Positions 40,340-51,917 of a stretch of DNA of 64,000 nucleotides are shown piece after piece; position 1 is the first letter of the stretch; each line of letters begins with the position of its first letter. The notes below the pieces were generated by a model. It worked only from the letters and a program-made list of their open reading frames with translations, was not told the DNA's origin and searched no databases. Both the position numbers and the translations under genes were made by a program. This DNA comes from an uncultured Actinomycetota bacterium (lineage in GTDB: Bacteria > Actinomycetota > Actinomycetes > Propionibacteriales > Nocardioidaceae): NCBI GenBank assembly GCA_963756045.1, contig CAVWML010000013.1, forward strand, positions 335 to 64,334, read 5' to 3'.

Positions 40340-41959
40340 TCACGGGGCTGCTGTCCCTGCCAGGACCTCACCGGTCCCGAGACGACCTTCCGTCCCCTGC
40401 GCCGTCCTCGCCAGCTCGGCCGGCGGGGGCGTGACCTTCCGGATCGTGCTGCGCAGCTCGGTCACCGGCATCAGGGCCACCGCGACGATCGTGACCAGGG
40501 CGATCAGCCCGGCCCAGAAGAAGATCCGGCCGGTCGCGTCGGCGTACGCCGCTCGCACGACCGTCACGACGGCGCGGGGCATGGCGCTGAAGTCCAGGGT
40601 GCTGCCGCCGACCTGCACCTGGCTGCCCGCGCCGGAGAGGGCGGCGCTGATCCGGTGCGTCACGCCGGTGGCCAGCACGGCTCCGAGCGCCGCCACGCCG
40701 ATCGTGCCGCCGAGCGAGCGGAAGAAGCTGACCACGCCGGAGGCGGCGCCGACGTCAGTGACGTCGACGGTGTTCTGCACCACGAGCACGAGGTTCTGCA
40801 TCAGCGCGCCGGTGCCCAGGCCCATCAGCACCATGAAGGCGCTCAGGTGCCACAGCGGCGTGGTGTGGGTGACCGTGCCCATCAGCAGGAGCCCACCGGC
40901 GAGCAGCACGCGAGCCGAGCATCATGACGGGCTTCCAGCGACCGGTGCGGGTGATGAACTGGCCGCTGCCGGTCGCGCCGACCATGTTGCCGAGGATGAG
41001 CGGCAGCATCAGCAGGCCCTGCCTCGGTGGGCGTGTGGCCGCGGGCGACCTGGAAGTACTGGCTGAGGAAGACCGAGCCGCCGAACTGCGCGACCCCGAC
41101 GGCGACGCTGCCGATGATCGAGAGGGTGGTCATCCGCCCGCGAGATGATCCGTCGGCGGGATCAGCGGGTCGCTGTGCCGGCGCTCGACGGCGATCGCCG
41201 CGAGCAGCGCCACGCGGCCACGCCGAGCATCGCCACCGTCTGCGCCGACCACCAGGGGAAGGAGTTGCCGGCGAAGGAGACCCACACGAGCGGAAGGGCC
41301 GCGGCGACGGTGATGAAGAGGGCGCCCCAGTAGTCGATGCGCACCTCGCGGCGGACGGTCTCGAGGCGCAGGAACTTCTGCAGGAGCACCAGCCCGATGA
41401 CGGCGAACGGGATCGCGACCCAGAAGCACCAGCGCCAGCCCGCGGTGTCGACGATGAGGCCGCCCAGCAGCGGTCCGGAGACCGTGGCGACGGCCATCGT
41501 GGCCGCCAGGTAGCCGCTGTAGCGACCGCGCTCGCGCGGCGGGATGATCGAGCCCAGGATCGACTGGGCGAGCGCGACGAGGCCGCCCATGCCGAGGCCC
41601 TGGATGCCGCGGGCGACGAGCAGCTCGGGCACGTTCTGCACGGCGCCGGCCGCGAGGGAGCCCAGCAGGAAGACCACGATCGAGACCTGGACCAGCACCT
41701 TCTTGTTGAACAGGTCCGAGAGCTTGCTCCAGATCGGGCTGCTCACCGTCATCGCCAGCAGGGACGCGGTGACCACCCAGGTGTACTGCGTCTCGCTGCC
41801 GTGGAGGCTGGCGATGATCGTCGGCAGCGCGGTCGAGACGATCGTGGCGCTGACGACCGCCACGAACAGCGCGGACATCAGGCCGAGGAGCACCTCCACG
41901 ATCTCGTGGTGGGTCATCTCGACGCCCGGGTGTGGACGTCGTACGGCGAGGTCAGACAT
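40340..41959 (-). CDS. MFS drug efflux transporter, DHA2/EmrB-like (frameshifted)
   Basis: TIVSTALP.I, WVVTASLLA..VS.PIW.KLSD.F, RGIQGLG.GG, PPRERG, GPLLGG, WRWCF. Confidence 0.88.
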
Positions 41960-42452
41960 GAGTGTCCTTCTGGGGTGCAGGCGTCGGGGATGCGGTCGTG
42001 AGGGGGTTCTGGAGGCGGCGGGAGAGCTCGCCCAAGGTGTCGGCGACGTCGGCGATCGCCGGTGGCGTCCCACAGGTCGAGGCGCTCGCCCAGCTCGGCG
42101 CAGAGCAGGTCGCGGGCGTGCCGCAGGCGCTCTCGCCCCGCGTCGGTGAGGCTGACCAGCTCGGCGCGCCCGTCGTCGGGGTCGCTGGCCCGGTCGACCA
42201 GGCCGTGCTGTGCGAGCGCGGCCACCTGCCGGCTGATCACCGAACGGTCCAGGCAGAGCCTCTCCGCGACCTGTCCGGGACGGCAGGCTGCCCTGCGCGA
42301 TGGCCCCGAGGGTGTGGATGTCGCTGCGGCTCAGCTCGGGGTCGACGTAGGCCCAGTCGGAGCCACGCGCACGCAGCGAGCGGCCGAGGACGACGAGCGC
42401 GTCGAAGAGGCGTTGGACGGCCTCGTCGCGAGCGGCTGGATGACGCTGACAT
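41956..42452 (-). CDS. MarR family regulator (frameshifted)
   Basis: LD.SVISRQV..L...GLV.R..DP.DGRA.LV.LT..G. Confidence 0.82.
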
Positions 42453-42492
42453 AGTTGAAGAATACAACTATTTACTTGCATAGGTCAACTAA
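42451..42492. promoter_or_regulatory. Tandem MarR operator inverted repeats
   Basis: ATAGTTG-N7-CAACTAT (42451-42471) and TTACTTG-N7-CAACTAA (42472-42492) over the marR start. Confidence 0.7.
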
Positions 42493-42511
42493 ACTCTGGG
42501 CGTGACGCGCC

Positions 42512-43249
42512 TCACGAGGCCAGGCCGAGCTCCGCCATCCGCTTCGCGTGGTTCTCGGTGAGCCGGGTGAACATCCGACCGAGGGCCGCCAGGTCCATCC
42601 CCGGCCGGTCGACACCGCCGGCCAGCAGCGCCGCCAGGGAGTCGCGCTCGGCGGCCACCCGCTGGGCCTGCGAGAGCGCCTCCCCCATCAGCCGGCGCCC
42701 CCACAGCGCCAGGCGTCCGGCGACGCGGGGGTCCTGCTCGATGGCCCGCCCGACCCGGTCGACGACGAAGTCGGCGTAGCCCGCGTCGGCGAGCGAGTCG
42801 ACGACCAGACGCCGGGTGTCCCCGTCGAGGTACTGCGCGATCTCGACGTAGAAGTCGGCGGCCAGGCCGTCGCCGACGTAGGCCTTGATCAGCCCCTCCA
42901 GCCAGTCGCTCGGCGCGGTCGAGGCGTGGAACAGGTCGAAGGGCCGGACGAACGGGGCCATCGCCTCGAGCGGGTCGGCACCGAGCTGCGACATGCGGTC
43001 CATCAGCGGCTCGATGTGGCCGAACTGCACCGTGGCCATCTTGCCGAGGGCGAGCTTGTCGGGCAGCTCGGCGGCCAGCTTGGCGTCGTCGGTGAGCCGC
43101 TCGAAGGCCGAGATCTCGCCGTAGGTGATCACGCCGAGAAGGTCGACGACGGCGGCGCGGTAGGCGGGGTCCTCGAAGGCGACCGAGTCGCCGGCCGGAG
43201 GAGCAGCAGAGGGGTCCCCGGCCGAGGCTTCTGCGGAGGGTTCCGGCAT
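42512..43249 (-). CDS. Ferritin-like fold protein (MiaE_2, Rv3210c-like)
   Basis: DLLG...YGE.SAF.RL..DA, P.DWLEGL.KAYVGD.LA.DFY, LALWGRRL.GEAL. Confidence 0.88.
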   Translation of the reverse strand: MPEPSAEASAGDPSAAPPAGDSVAFEDPAYRAAVVDLLGVITYGEISAFERLTDDAKLAAELPDKLALGKMATVQFGHIEPLMDRMSQLGADPLEAMAPFVRPFDLFHASTAPSDWLEGLIKAYVGDGLAADFYVEIAQYLDGDTRRLVVDSLADAGYADFVVDRVGRAIEQDPRVAGRLALWGRRLMGEALSQAQRVAAERDSLAALLAGGVDRPGMDLAALGRMFTRLTENHAKRMAELGLAS

Positions 43250-43395
43250 GGGTGGCACCCTACCGATAGACTGGGTCACGGCTCGCCGGCTCGTAGCCCC
43301 CACATGGGGCGGCTCGTCGGCAGGGGCCACACCAGACGAGACAACCGTCGCGGCGCGGTCGCGATCGGTCCCAGACGCACAGAACAGGCAAGATC

Positions 43396-44895
43396 CTGAC
43401 CACCACCTTCCGAGAGCTCGGGGTGCTCCCCGAGATCGCCGACGCGCTCGAGCGCGTCAACATCGTGCACCCGTTCCCCATCCAGGAGATGACCCTGTCG
43501 GTGGCCCTCATGGGCACCGACCTGATCGGCCAGGCCCGCACCGGGACCGGCAAGACCCTGGCCTTCGGCATCCCCGTGCTGCAGCGCGCGGTCGCCCCGC
43601 ACGACCCCGACTACGAGGAGCTCGCGGCGCCCGGCAAGCCGCAGGCGCTGATCGTGGCTCCGACCCGCGAGCTCGCGCTCCAGGTGAGCGGCGACCTGAC
43701 CGTCGCGGCCGGCCGACCGCGGCATCCGCGTGCTGACGGTGTACGGCGGGGTGCCCTACGAGGGCCAGCTCGACACCCTGGCCGCTGGTGTCGAGGTCGT
43801 CGTCGGCACGCCGGGTCGGTTGATCGACCTGATGAACCGCCGGGCGCTCGACATCTCCCACGTGAAGTCGCTCGTCCTCGACGAGGCCGACGAGATGCTC
43901 GACCTCGGCTTCCTTCCCGACGTGGAGCGGCTGCTGCGCGGCACCCCGGAGACGCGGCAGACGATGCTGTTCTCCGCCACGATGCCCGCCGCGATCGTGT
44001 CGCTGGCGCGCACCCACATGCGCCACCCGATGAACATCCGCGCCGAGTCGGCGGCCGAGACCCAGATGGTGCCGGCGACCGCGCAGTTCATCTACCAGGC
44101 CCACGACCTCGACAAGCCCGAGATGCTCGGTCGCCTGCTGCAGGCCGAGGACGCCGACCTGATGATCGTCTTCACGCGCACCAAGCGGCAGGCCCAGCGG
44201 GTGGCCGACGACCTCGTCGAGCGCGGCTTCAAGGCCAGCGCCGCTGCACGGCGACATGGCCCAGACGGCCCGCGAGCGGGCGCTGACCAAGTTCCGCGAG
44301 GGCAAGCTGCAGGTGCTGGTGGCCACCGACGTCGCCGCCCGCGGCATCGACGTCACCGGCATCACCCACGTCGTGAACTACAGCTGCCCCGAGGACGAGA
44401 AGACCTACCTGCACCGCATCGGCCGCACCGGCCGCGCCGGCGCCACCGGCATCGCGATCACCTTCGTCGACTGGGGCGACCTGCACCGCTGGAAGATGAT
44501 CAACAAGGCGCTCGACCTGCCCTTCGACGATCCGCAGGAGACCTACTCGAGCTCGGAGAACTTCCTGCACGACCAGGGCATCACGCCTGGCACCAAGGGC
44601 CGCATCGTGCCCGAGGGCTCGGTCGTCGTCGAGCGCAAGGACACGCGCGGCCAGGGTGGTCGCGGCGATGGCGGCCGCGGCGGCAACCGTGGCGGCGAGC
44701 CGTGACGGTGGCCGCGGACGGTGGCAGCCGCAACCGCGGTCGAGCGACGGCGACTCGTGCCAGCCGAGTCGTCCGCCACGTCAGCCGGCGACGTCGTCGC
44801 CACGTCCGAGGGCAGCTCGGAGCGCCCCGCGCGCTCGCGCAACCGCAGCCGCCGCCGTACGCGCGGCGGGCAAGCCGGCCAGCAGCGACAGCTGA
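43396..44895 (+). CDS. DEAD-box RNA helicase (Rv3211/RhlE-like; frameshifted, probable CTG start, end approximate)
   Basis: F.ELG, PFPIQ, GQARTGTGKT, PTREL, GTPGR, LDEAD, SAT, ATDVAARGID, HRIGRTGRAG, R-rich tail. Confidence 0.9.
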
Positions 44896-44928
44896 CGCCG
44901 CGGGCCGATCCCGACGGGACGGATCGGC

Positions 44929-45586
44929 TCAGGCGGTGACGACCACCTTGGTGCCGACCGGGGCGAAGGCCCACAGGGCCTTGGCGTCGGGGAGCCACTG
45001 GCGGATGCAGCCGGCGGACTGCGGCGTGCCGAGCTGGGAGCGGGTCTCCTCGAGCCGGCCGTTCTTGGTCGGGACGCTGTGGAAGCCGATGGCGGCGTTC
45101 TGGCCGTGGGTGAACCGCACGAAGTACTGCATGGTCCCGCCGTCGTCGATGCCGGTGGCCCAGCGCGAGCTCGAGTACACCGCGTAGGTGCCGGGGTGCA
45201 GGTTGTCGGTGAGGCTGCCCGAGACCAGGTAGGTGCGCGTCGGCCCGTGCCGTTGGCGTCGACGAGCCAGACGCGCTGGGCGCTCATGCTGAACACGACC
45301 CGTTTGCCGCTGCCGCTGGCGGCGGGTACGGCGGTCGAGGCAGCCGAGGTCGGCAGGTGGGCGACGTGGCTCGTCTGCGGGTCGTGGCTTGTCCACCACC
45401 GACGGCGTCGTCGGCGGCCACGTGCTGCGCTGACAGCGACGCGGTCGCCGGGTGGTCGGAGGCCGCGGCGGGGGACGTGCCGGAGGGCAGCAGCCCGACG
45501 CCGGCGAGCACGGTCATCAGCGTGACGACGAACGCCGCGCCGGCCGCGCACACGCGCCCCCAACGCGGACGGACGGGTGTGGGCAC
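44929..45586 (-). CDS. L,D-transpeptidase (YkuD-like; frameshifted)
   Basis: N-terminal TM, QRVWLV, IGFHSVP...LGTPQSAGCIR, GTKVVV. Confidence 0.82.
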
Positions 45587-45590
45587 CGGC

Positions 45591-46355
45591 TCAGCCTCTC
45601 TTCAGCAGTGCGGTCGCGACGTCGCGGTAGGCCTGGGCTCCCTTGTTGGTGCGGGAGGTGCGCAGGATCGAGCGACCCGCGGCGGGCGCCTCGGCGAACC
45701 GGATCGACTTGGGGATGGGGGGCTCGATCACCTCGAGCCCGTAGGTCTCGGAGATGGTCTCGAGGACGGCGCGCGCGTGGTTGGTGCGCCCGTCGTACAG
45801 CGTCGGCAGGACGCCCCACACCTCGAGGTCGCGGTTGGTGAAGCGCTTGACGTCGTGCACGGTGTCGAGCAGCTGGCCGACACCGCGGTGCGAGAGCGTC
45901 TCGCACTGCAACGGGATCAGCACGCCGGTGGCCGCGGTCAGCGCGGCGACGGTGAGCACGCCCAGCGACGGCGGGCAGTCGAGCAGCACCCAGTCGTAGC
46001 CGGAGGTCTCCTCGACGGCGGTGCGGATGACGTACTCACGGCCGGTGCGGGTGAGCAGGTCGGCCTCGGCGCGGGCCAGCTCGATGGTGGCCGGCAGCAG
46101 GTCGACGGCGTCCTCGGTCTCGATGATCGCCTCGGACGGCGAGAGGCCCTTGGTGAGCACGTGGTGCAGCGAGACCTCGACGTCCTCGGGGTCGATGCCG
46201 AGGCTGAAGGTCAGGCAGGCCTGAGGGTCGAGGTCGACCAGGAGGACGCGTTGGCCGTTCTCCGCGAGCGCCGCCCCGAGCGAGGCGACGGTCGTCGTCT
46301 TGGCGACCCCGCCCTTCTGGTTGGCGACGGCGAGTACGTGCGGTCCGGTCATCAC
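45591..46355 (-). CDS. ParA/Soj family ATPase (Rv3213c-like)
   Basis: NQKGGVAKTT, DLDPQ, DCPPSLG, PLQCE, RFAEAP. Confidence 0.92.
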   Translation of the reverse strand: MMTGPHVLAVANQKGGVAKTTTVASLGAALAENGQRVLLVDLDPQACLTFSLGIDPEDVEVSLHHVLTKGLSPSEAIIETEDAVDLLPATIELARAEADLLTRTGREYVIRTAVEETSGYDWVLLDCPPSLGVLTVAALTAATGVLIPLQCETLSHRGVGQLLDTVHDVKRFTNRDLEVWGVLPTLYDGRTNHARAVLETISETYGLEVIEPPIPKSIRFAEAPAAGRSILRTSRTNKGAQAYRDVATALLKRG

Positions 46356-46430
46356 GCCACATCATGCCGCACCCCACCCGGCAATCCACGGCACGCCGCC
46401 AAGGCGCGCAGGAGCAGTCTCGCCCATCGG

Positions 46431-47124
46431 TCACCAGAGCGGCCGACGGCCTCCGAACGGCATCTCCAGTGCCTCGGGGCCGAACCCGGTCACGTCGGCC
46501 AGCAGCCAGTCGTCGTGCAGGAGCAGCGCTGCCGACGCCGGCTTCATCACCAGCCACAGCCACCGCCCGTCGGCCTCGCCGGCGAAGACGGCGCGCGCGA
46601 GCAGCTCGGCCTCGACCGCGGCCAGCTGCGCGAGCGGGTCGGGCGAGGCGGCCTGCTCGACCGCGTCGTCGACCAGCCACATCGGCACCGCGCGACCCCC
46701 CGCGCGCACGTGGATCGCGGGCGGGCCGTTGCTGATCTGCGGCCCCGGGTCGTCGTACGACGTGCCGGCGCAGCGGGCGCCGAGACCGACGCCGGGATCC
46801 TCCGAGACGACGGTGACCTCGACGTCCCCGTCGAGGTCGCTGGTGCCGACCGTCGTGGTGACCGTGGCCCGGACCCGGCTGCCGGTGCCCACGCAGCCGA
46901 AGTCGGAGATCGACCAGCCCGGGCTCATCGGCCAGGGCAGGTAGGTGGGCAGGTCACTGCGCCCGACCAGCTCGGCGAAGGAGTCGTAGTCGGCCTGCTC
47001 GGGACGCCACAGCGGCTCCACCGGACCGTGGACGCCGCACGTCCAACGCGTCTCGGTGTCCGGCCCGGTCGTCGTCCGTGGCCGTGATCGGCGTGGTGCA
47101 CCGTGGGCAGGACGCAGCGAGCAC
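46431..47124 (-). CDS. Conserved hypothetical protein (DUF6758-like; frameshift)
   Basis: CPRC...W.C..HG, LPWP...[24 protein letters not shown]. Confidence 0.7.
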
Positions 47125-47154
47125 GTGCTGAGAATAGGGCAGACGAGGGCGTGC

Positions 47155-47720
47155 TCAGGCGTTCCAGCGGACCACGGCCGGAGACTCCCGCTCCCAGCCG
47201 AGGATCGAGATCGTCGCCGTGTCGAGCACGAAGTGCCGGCCGTCGGTCGGCGGCAGCCCGAGCCAGCGGGCCGCGAGCACGCGCGATGCGTGGCCGTGGC
47301 TGAAGACGAGCACCCGGCCTCCGTCGGCGCGTGCCTCCGCCACGACGCGGTCGAGCCGGCGGCCGACCTGACCGGCCGTCTCGCCGTCGGGGCAGGGATG
47401 CGTCCACACCGTGAAGTCGGGCACGCTCTCGCGGATCTGCGAGCGTCGTGAGCCCCTCGTAGTCGCCGTAGTCCCACTCGGCGAGGTCGTCGTCGACCCG
47501 CACGTCCTCGAAGCCGGCCAGCTCGGCCGTGCGCCGCGACCGCGCCCGAGGGCTGACCAGCACCAGGTCGAAGTCCGACCTCGGCCAGGCGGGGTGCGAG
47601 CCCGCGCGCGGCCGCCTCACCGGTGGGGGTCAGCGGCACCTCGGTCGTCGAGGTGTGCAGCCCGTCGCGACTCCACTCGGTCTCGCCGTGACGGACCACC
47701 CAGAGCTCACTGGCCGGCAC
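47155..47720 (-). CDS. Histidine phosphatase (Gpm2-like; frameshifted)
   Basis: [12 protein letters not shown]...TA.LAG, EWDYG.YEG, SHGH. Confidence 0.88.
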
Positions 47721-48258
47721 GGGTCACTCGGCCTGCGGGTCCGGGCCAGTTCTTGTCCGGCTGCGGCACCGGCCGGCCCGGCTGCTCGCCACCACGGGCC
47801 TCGAGGTAGCTCTCCTTGGGCACCATCACCTTGCGCCGGAAGATGCAGACCACCTTGCCGTCCTGGTTGTAGCCGATCGTCTCGACGTGCACGACGCCCC
47901 GGTCGTCCTTGCTCTTGCTCTCCCACTTGTCGAGGACGCGCGTCTCGCCGTACAGCGTGTCGCCGTGGAAGGTGGGGGCCACGTGGCGCAGCGACTCGAT
48001 CTCGAGGTTGGCGATGGCCTTGCCGCTGATGTCGGGCACGCTCATGCCGAGCAGGATCGAGTAGACGTAGTTGCCGACCACGACGTTCCTGCCGAACTGC
48101 GTGGTCTCGCTCGCGTAGTGCTCGTCGAGGTGCAGCGGGTGGTGGTTCATCGTCAGCAGGCAGAACATGTGGTCGTCGAACTCGGTGACCGTCTTGCCCG
48201 GCCAGTGCTTGTACGTCGCGCCGACCTCGAACTCCTCGTAGCTGCGGCCGAACTGCAT
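47707..48258 (-). CDS. MaoC family dehydratase
   Basis: HWPGKTVTE.D..F.LLTMNHHPLH.D, P.FHGDT.Y.ET. Confidence 0.88.
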   Translation of the reverse strand: MQFGRSYEEFEVGATYKHWPGKTVTEFDDHMFCLLTMNHHPLHLDEHYASETTQFGRNVVVGNYVYSILLGMSVPDISGKAIANLEIESLRHVAPTFHGDTLYGETRVLDKWESKSKDDRGVVHVETIGYNQDGKVVCIFRRKVMVPKESYLEARGGEQPGRPVPQPDKNWPGPAGRVTRAGQ

Positions 48259-48336
48259 CTCCACCTGCTCCTCTTCGCGCGCCGACAGGACCGGCCAGAG
48301 TCTGCCATGCGGCCCGATGGCGTAGATTCGCGCTCC

Positions 48337-49883
48337 GTGTCAGCAGCGCGCGTCGACGACGAGGGCATCTTCGTCCCGGAGGCGCTGGACGGTCCGGTCG
48401 ACCTCTTCGTCGCCGGTCACCGGCTGTGGTCGTTCAACCCCGCGCGCGACGGCGCCAAGGCGGGCCGCGGCGTGCTGGTGGCGTGGCCCGAGCCCATCCG
48501 CGAGCGGCTGTCGGGCACGGCCCAGGTCGTCGTGACGCCGCACGCCGGCGGGGACGGGCTGTTCGACGAGGAGGTCGTCTTCGGCGAGTCCTCGGAGCCG
48601 TTGGAGTTCCTCGACGACAAGGGGCACCCGCTCACCCTCGACAAGGGCGGCCGGCTGCAGCGCACCTTCGACCGGATGGACGACGCGTCGCTCAGCGAGC
48701 TGACCGCGGCCTCGCGGAGGGTGCTGGACGACCTCGTCGAGAAGTGCGGCCTCGACGCCTACCTCTGCTACGGCGGGCTGCTCGGCGCCGTGCGCACCGG
48801 CCACATGATCGGCCACGACTCCGACGTCGACCTGGCCTGGATCAGCCCGCACACCCACCCCTTCGACATCATCCGCGAGAGCCGGGCGGCCGAGAGCACG
48901 ATGCGCGACCTCGGGTGGCGCGTCGTACGCATGTCGGCGGCCAACTTCAAGGTGTGGGCTCCGCTGCCCAACGGCAAGCGCGCCGGGGTCGACGTGTTCG
49001 GCTCCTTCCACATCGGCAGCTACTTCCACCTCACCGGCTCGTCTGCGGGGCACCCTGCGCCGCGACCAGGTGCTGCCGTTCCAGACGATCACGCTCGAGG
49101 GCGTGGAGTTCCCGGCGCCGGCCGACCTCGACGCGTTCCTCGACCTACACCTACGGCCCCGGGTGGCGGGTGCCGGACCCGGCCTTCCACTTCGACCATC
49201 CCTACGAGAACACCCAGATCATGGGCCACTGGTGGCGCGGCAGCCGGCGCCGGCTCTGGTACTGGGCGCCGTTCTACGAGTCGGCGCAGGCCGCGAAGGT
49301 GCCGACCGAGCCGTCGTCGTTCGCCCGGCACGTCGCCGGCCGGATCGACCCGGGAGCACGGATCGTCGAGCTCGGCTCGGGCACGGCCCGCGACGCCATC
49401 TGGTTCCTCCAGCAGGGCTACGACGTCACGGCCAGCGACTTCTCCGGCGCCGCCCGCAAGGTCGCCGCGGCCGCGGCGCGCAAGGCCGGAGTCACGCTGC
49501 GGTGGAAGTTCTACAACCTCGAGTCGACGTACAGCACGCTCACCGGCGCTGCGCAGCTGGCGCACGAACCCGGGCCCAAGCACGTCTACGCCCGGCTGCT
49601 GGTGGACTCGATCGACCCGGAGGCCCGGGCCAGCCTGTGGCGGTTCTGCTCGATGGTCGGCCGCAGCGGCGGGAGCACGTTCCTGGAGTTCCGCACCGCT
49701 GCCAGCCGCGGGGAGCCCACGCAGTTCGGCCAGCACATCCGCACCTACGCGAGGGTCCCGGTCATCGAGGCCGAGATCGCGGCCCGCGGTGGGACCGTGC
49801 TGGAGAAGACCGTCGGTCGCGGCCTGGCGCCGCTCGGAGAGGAAGACCCTGTCGTGTGTCGCATGGAGGTGAGCTGGTCGTGA
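48337..49883 (+). CDS. LicD-like nucleotidyltransferase fused to class I SAM methyltransferase, copy A (frameshifted)
   Basis: YGGLLGAVRTGHMIGHDSDVD, TYGPGWRVPDPAF, IVELGSGTARD. Confidence 0.82.
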
Positions 49884-50092
49884 GCTGGAAGGAACGCGTC
49901 AAGAGCGTGGTCGTCAGCCGGGGGGAGGTCGACCAGCTGCGCAAGGACGTGGACGTGCTGCAGGAGTCGATCGAGGAGTACCGGCGACTCAACGAGCGGC
50001 TCTCCGACGTGCTCGACATCGTCGAGGAGATCCTGGTGCCGGCAGTGGATCGTGACGAGGAGAAGCTGCGGGAGCTGCTCGCGCGTCTCTAG
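49880..50092 (+). CDS. Small coiled-coil protein (DUF6752-like), copy A
   Basis: L.E..EE.RRLN.RL..V.DIVEE.LVPA..RDE; GTGA coupling. Confidence 0.75.
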   Translation: MSWKERVKSVVVSRGEVDQLRKDVDVLQESIEEYRRLNERLSDVLDIVEEILVPAVDRDEEKLRELLARL

Positions 50093-50278
50093 GCGTAGGA
50101 GCCGCCGCCGCCGGCCTTGCGGCGGTGCATCTTCGGGCCCACCGCCCACGACCTCCGAGCCGTGCGCCTTCTCCTTGGACGGACGGTCCTTGGGCACGCC
50201 GCGGTCGTTGGCCTGCTTGCGCTCGAGGGCCTCTCGCATCTTGGCCTTCAGGTCGTCGTTGCCGTTCTGCTCGGCCAT
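50089..50278 (-). CDS. DUF5302 family small protein (frameshift)
   Basis: DDLKAKMREALERK...KAHG...MHRRKAG. Confidence 0.75.
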
Positions 50279-50370
50279 GGTGCCCTCCACTCGCGTCGCG
50301 GTGGACCACCCTCGCACGCCGGGTTCGCACGCGTCGAGGACATTTCGCGGCCCCGGCCTAGGGTCGGCAC

Positions 50371-50758
50371 GTGCCTCGTCCTTCCCCACGCAGGATCACC
50401 CCTCCCCTCGCCGCGGCGCTCGACGTGGTCTCGATCCTCGTCTTCGCCGCCGCGGGCAAGAGCAGCCACGGCGAGCACGGCAGGCGGGGTCGAGGTGCTC
50501 GTGATCGCGTGGCCGTTCGCTGCCGGCGCCGCGATCGGCTGGCTCGCCCACGTGCTGCTCCGCCGCTCCGCGCCGCTCACGGTCGAGGGTGGGTGGTGGG
50601 TGCTGGCCGGGGCGGTGGTCGGCGGTCACGTCCTGCGCGTCGTCAGCGGCCGCGGGACGGCGGTGACCTTCATCGTGGTCAGCGTCGTGGTGCTGGGCGT
50701 GCTCCTCGTCGGCTGGCGGGCGCTCGCCCGGCTGGTCACGCGGCTCCACCCCAGGTGA
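50371..50758 (+). CDS. DUF3054 family membrane protein (frameshift)
   Basis: D...LVFA..G..SH, AWPF..G...GW, F..V....L.VLL.GWR. Confidence 0.8.
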
Positions 50759-51786
50759 CCGGGAGACCGTGCGGCGCCCCGGCGCCCAGCACGCGGCGCT
50801 CCCCGCCCGGCCAGGTCGTCAGCACGACGAGGAAGTCGCGCGAGTTGACGCCCCGGGGGCCGGGTTCGAGGGAGAGATGGGCGAACGGCCGGCCGTCCAG
50901 CGCTGCCTCTCCCAGCTCGCCGATCCGGTGGGTGATCCGCTCCTGCTCCGACGTCTCGACGTACTGCCACATCACGCTGTGCCAGAGGACGGTCAGGGTG
51001 CCCGGCTCGAGGGTGAGCCCCTCGACGAGGTCGGCGGCGCCCTGTCGGCGGACCTCGGGCGGGTGGTGCTGCGCGATCGCCAGCGCGGCACGCAGTCGCT
51101 CGAACCGCGCGGTCTGGTCGGGCCAGACGTAGGCCGTGAGCGCGAGCCGGCCCTCGTTGGTGGTCACGTCGACGGGCGCGGCGTCGCAGCCGACGCGCTC
51201 CACCAGCGCGAGCTCCGGCCACGGAGGCCAGAGGCGCTGCGACCCAGGCCGGGTCGAGCACGACGGGCGACTCCGCTTGTCCATAGGCCTCGCCCGCAGT
51301 GTCGACGTACGAGAAGAGGTCGGCCAGCAGGTTGAGACCACCCGAGCAGCCGATCTCGAACAGCCGCACCGGCAGCCTGTGCTCGTGCGGGACCTGCAGC
51401 AGCCCGCCCATCAGGGCGGCGGACCGACCCACCTCGTTGGTCTGGGGCGGCCGGTCGAGCCACTCGCGCGCGGCGTCCGGCTGCTGGTCGAGGAGGCGGA
51501 GGAAGGCCGCGGTCCCCGCCTCGGGCTCCCAGGTGCCTCCGACGCTCGGGTAGTACGCCGCCAGCTCGCCCGCCCGCCGCTCCAGCACCAGCCGATGGAC
51601 CCCACCCAGCAGCCGCAGCGGGACGACCGCGTCCCCCGGGTCGTCGGCGTGGTCGTGGAGCACGTCGCGGGTGATCCCGCCCGCCTCGAGGTCCGCGACG
51701 AGCCGGGTCAGCAGCTCGGCGTACATCGGCGACCCGAGCGCCTCGCACGCCCGCACCTGGCGCCGGAAGGCAGTGACCAGGTCCAT
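50736..51786 (-). CDS. DUF2332 family protein (frameshift)
   Basis: C..LGSP.Y, PLRL.GG.H, PPQTNEVGRS, EIG.SGGLNL..D, L.AYVWPDQ..R..RL, HSV.WQY. Confidence 0.85.
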
Positions 51787-51843
51787 GCGACCAGTCTGCC
51801 GACATCTGGAATCGGACAGGGTGGAGGGGCAGAACTGTCGGTT

Positions 51844-51897
51844 GAGGGGTGAAGTTTCACCCCTCGAGCACCAGTTTCACCGGTCGACCGGTGAAAC
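51844..51897. repeat. Paired palindromes
   Basis: GAGGGGTGAA-GT-TTCACCCCTC (51844-51865) and perfect GTTTCACCGGTC|GACCGGTGAAAC (51874-51897). Confidence 0.8.
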
Positions 51898-51917
51898 CGC
51901 CCTCACCGGCGCCGACC

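Noticed and set aside
45591-46355. Plasmid or prophage partition module
   Set aside because: Orphan chromosomal ParA (Rv3213c-like) in conserved context; no parB, rep or integrase.
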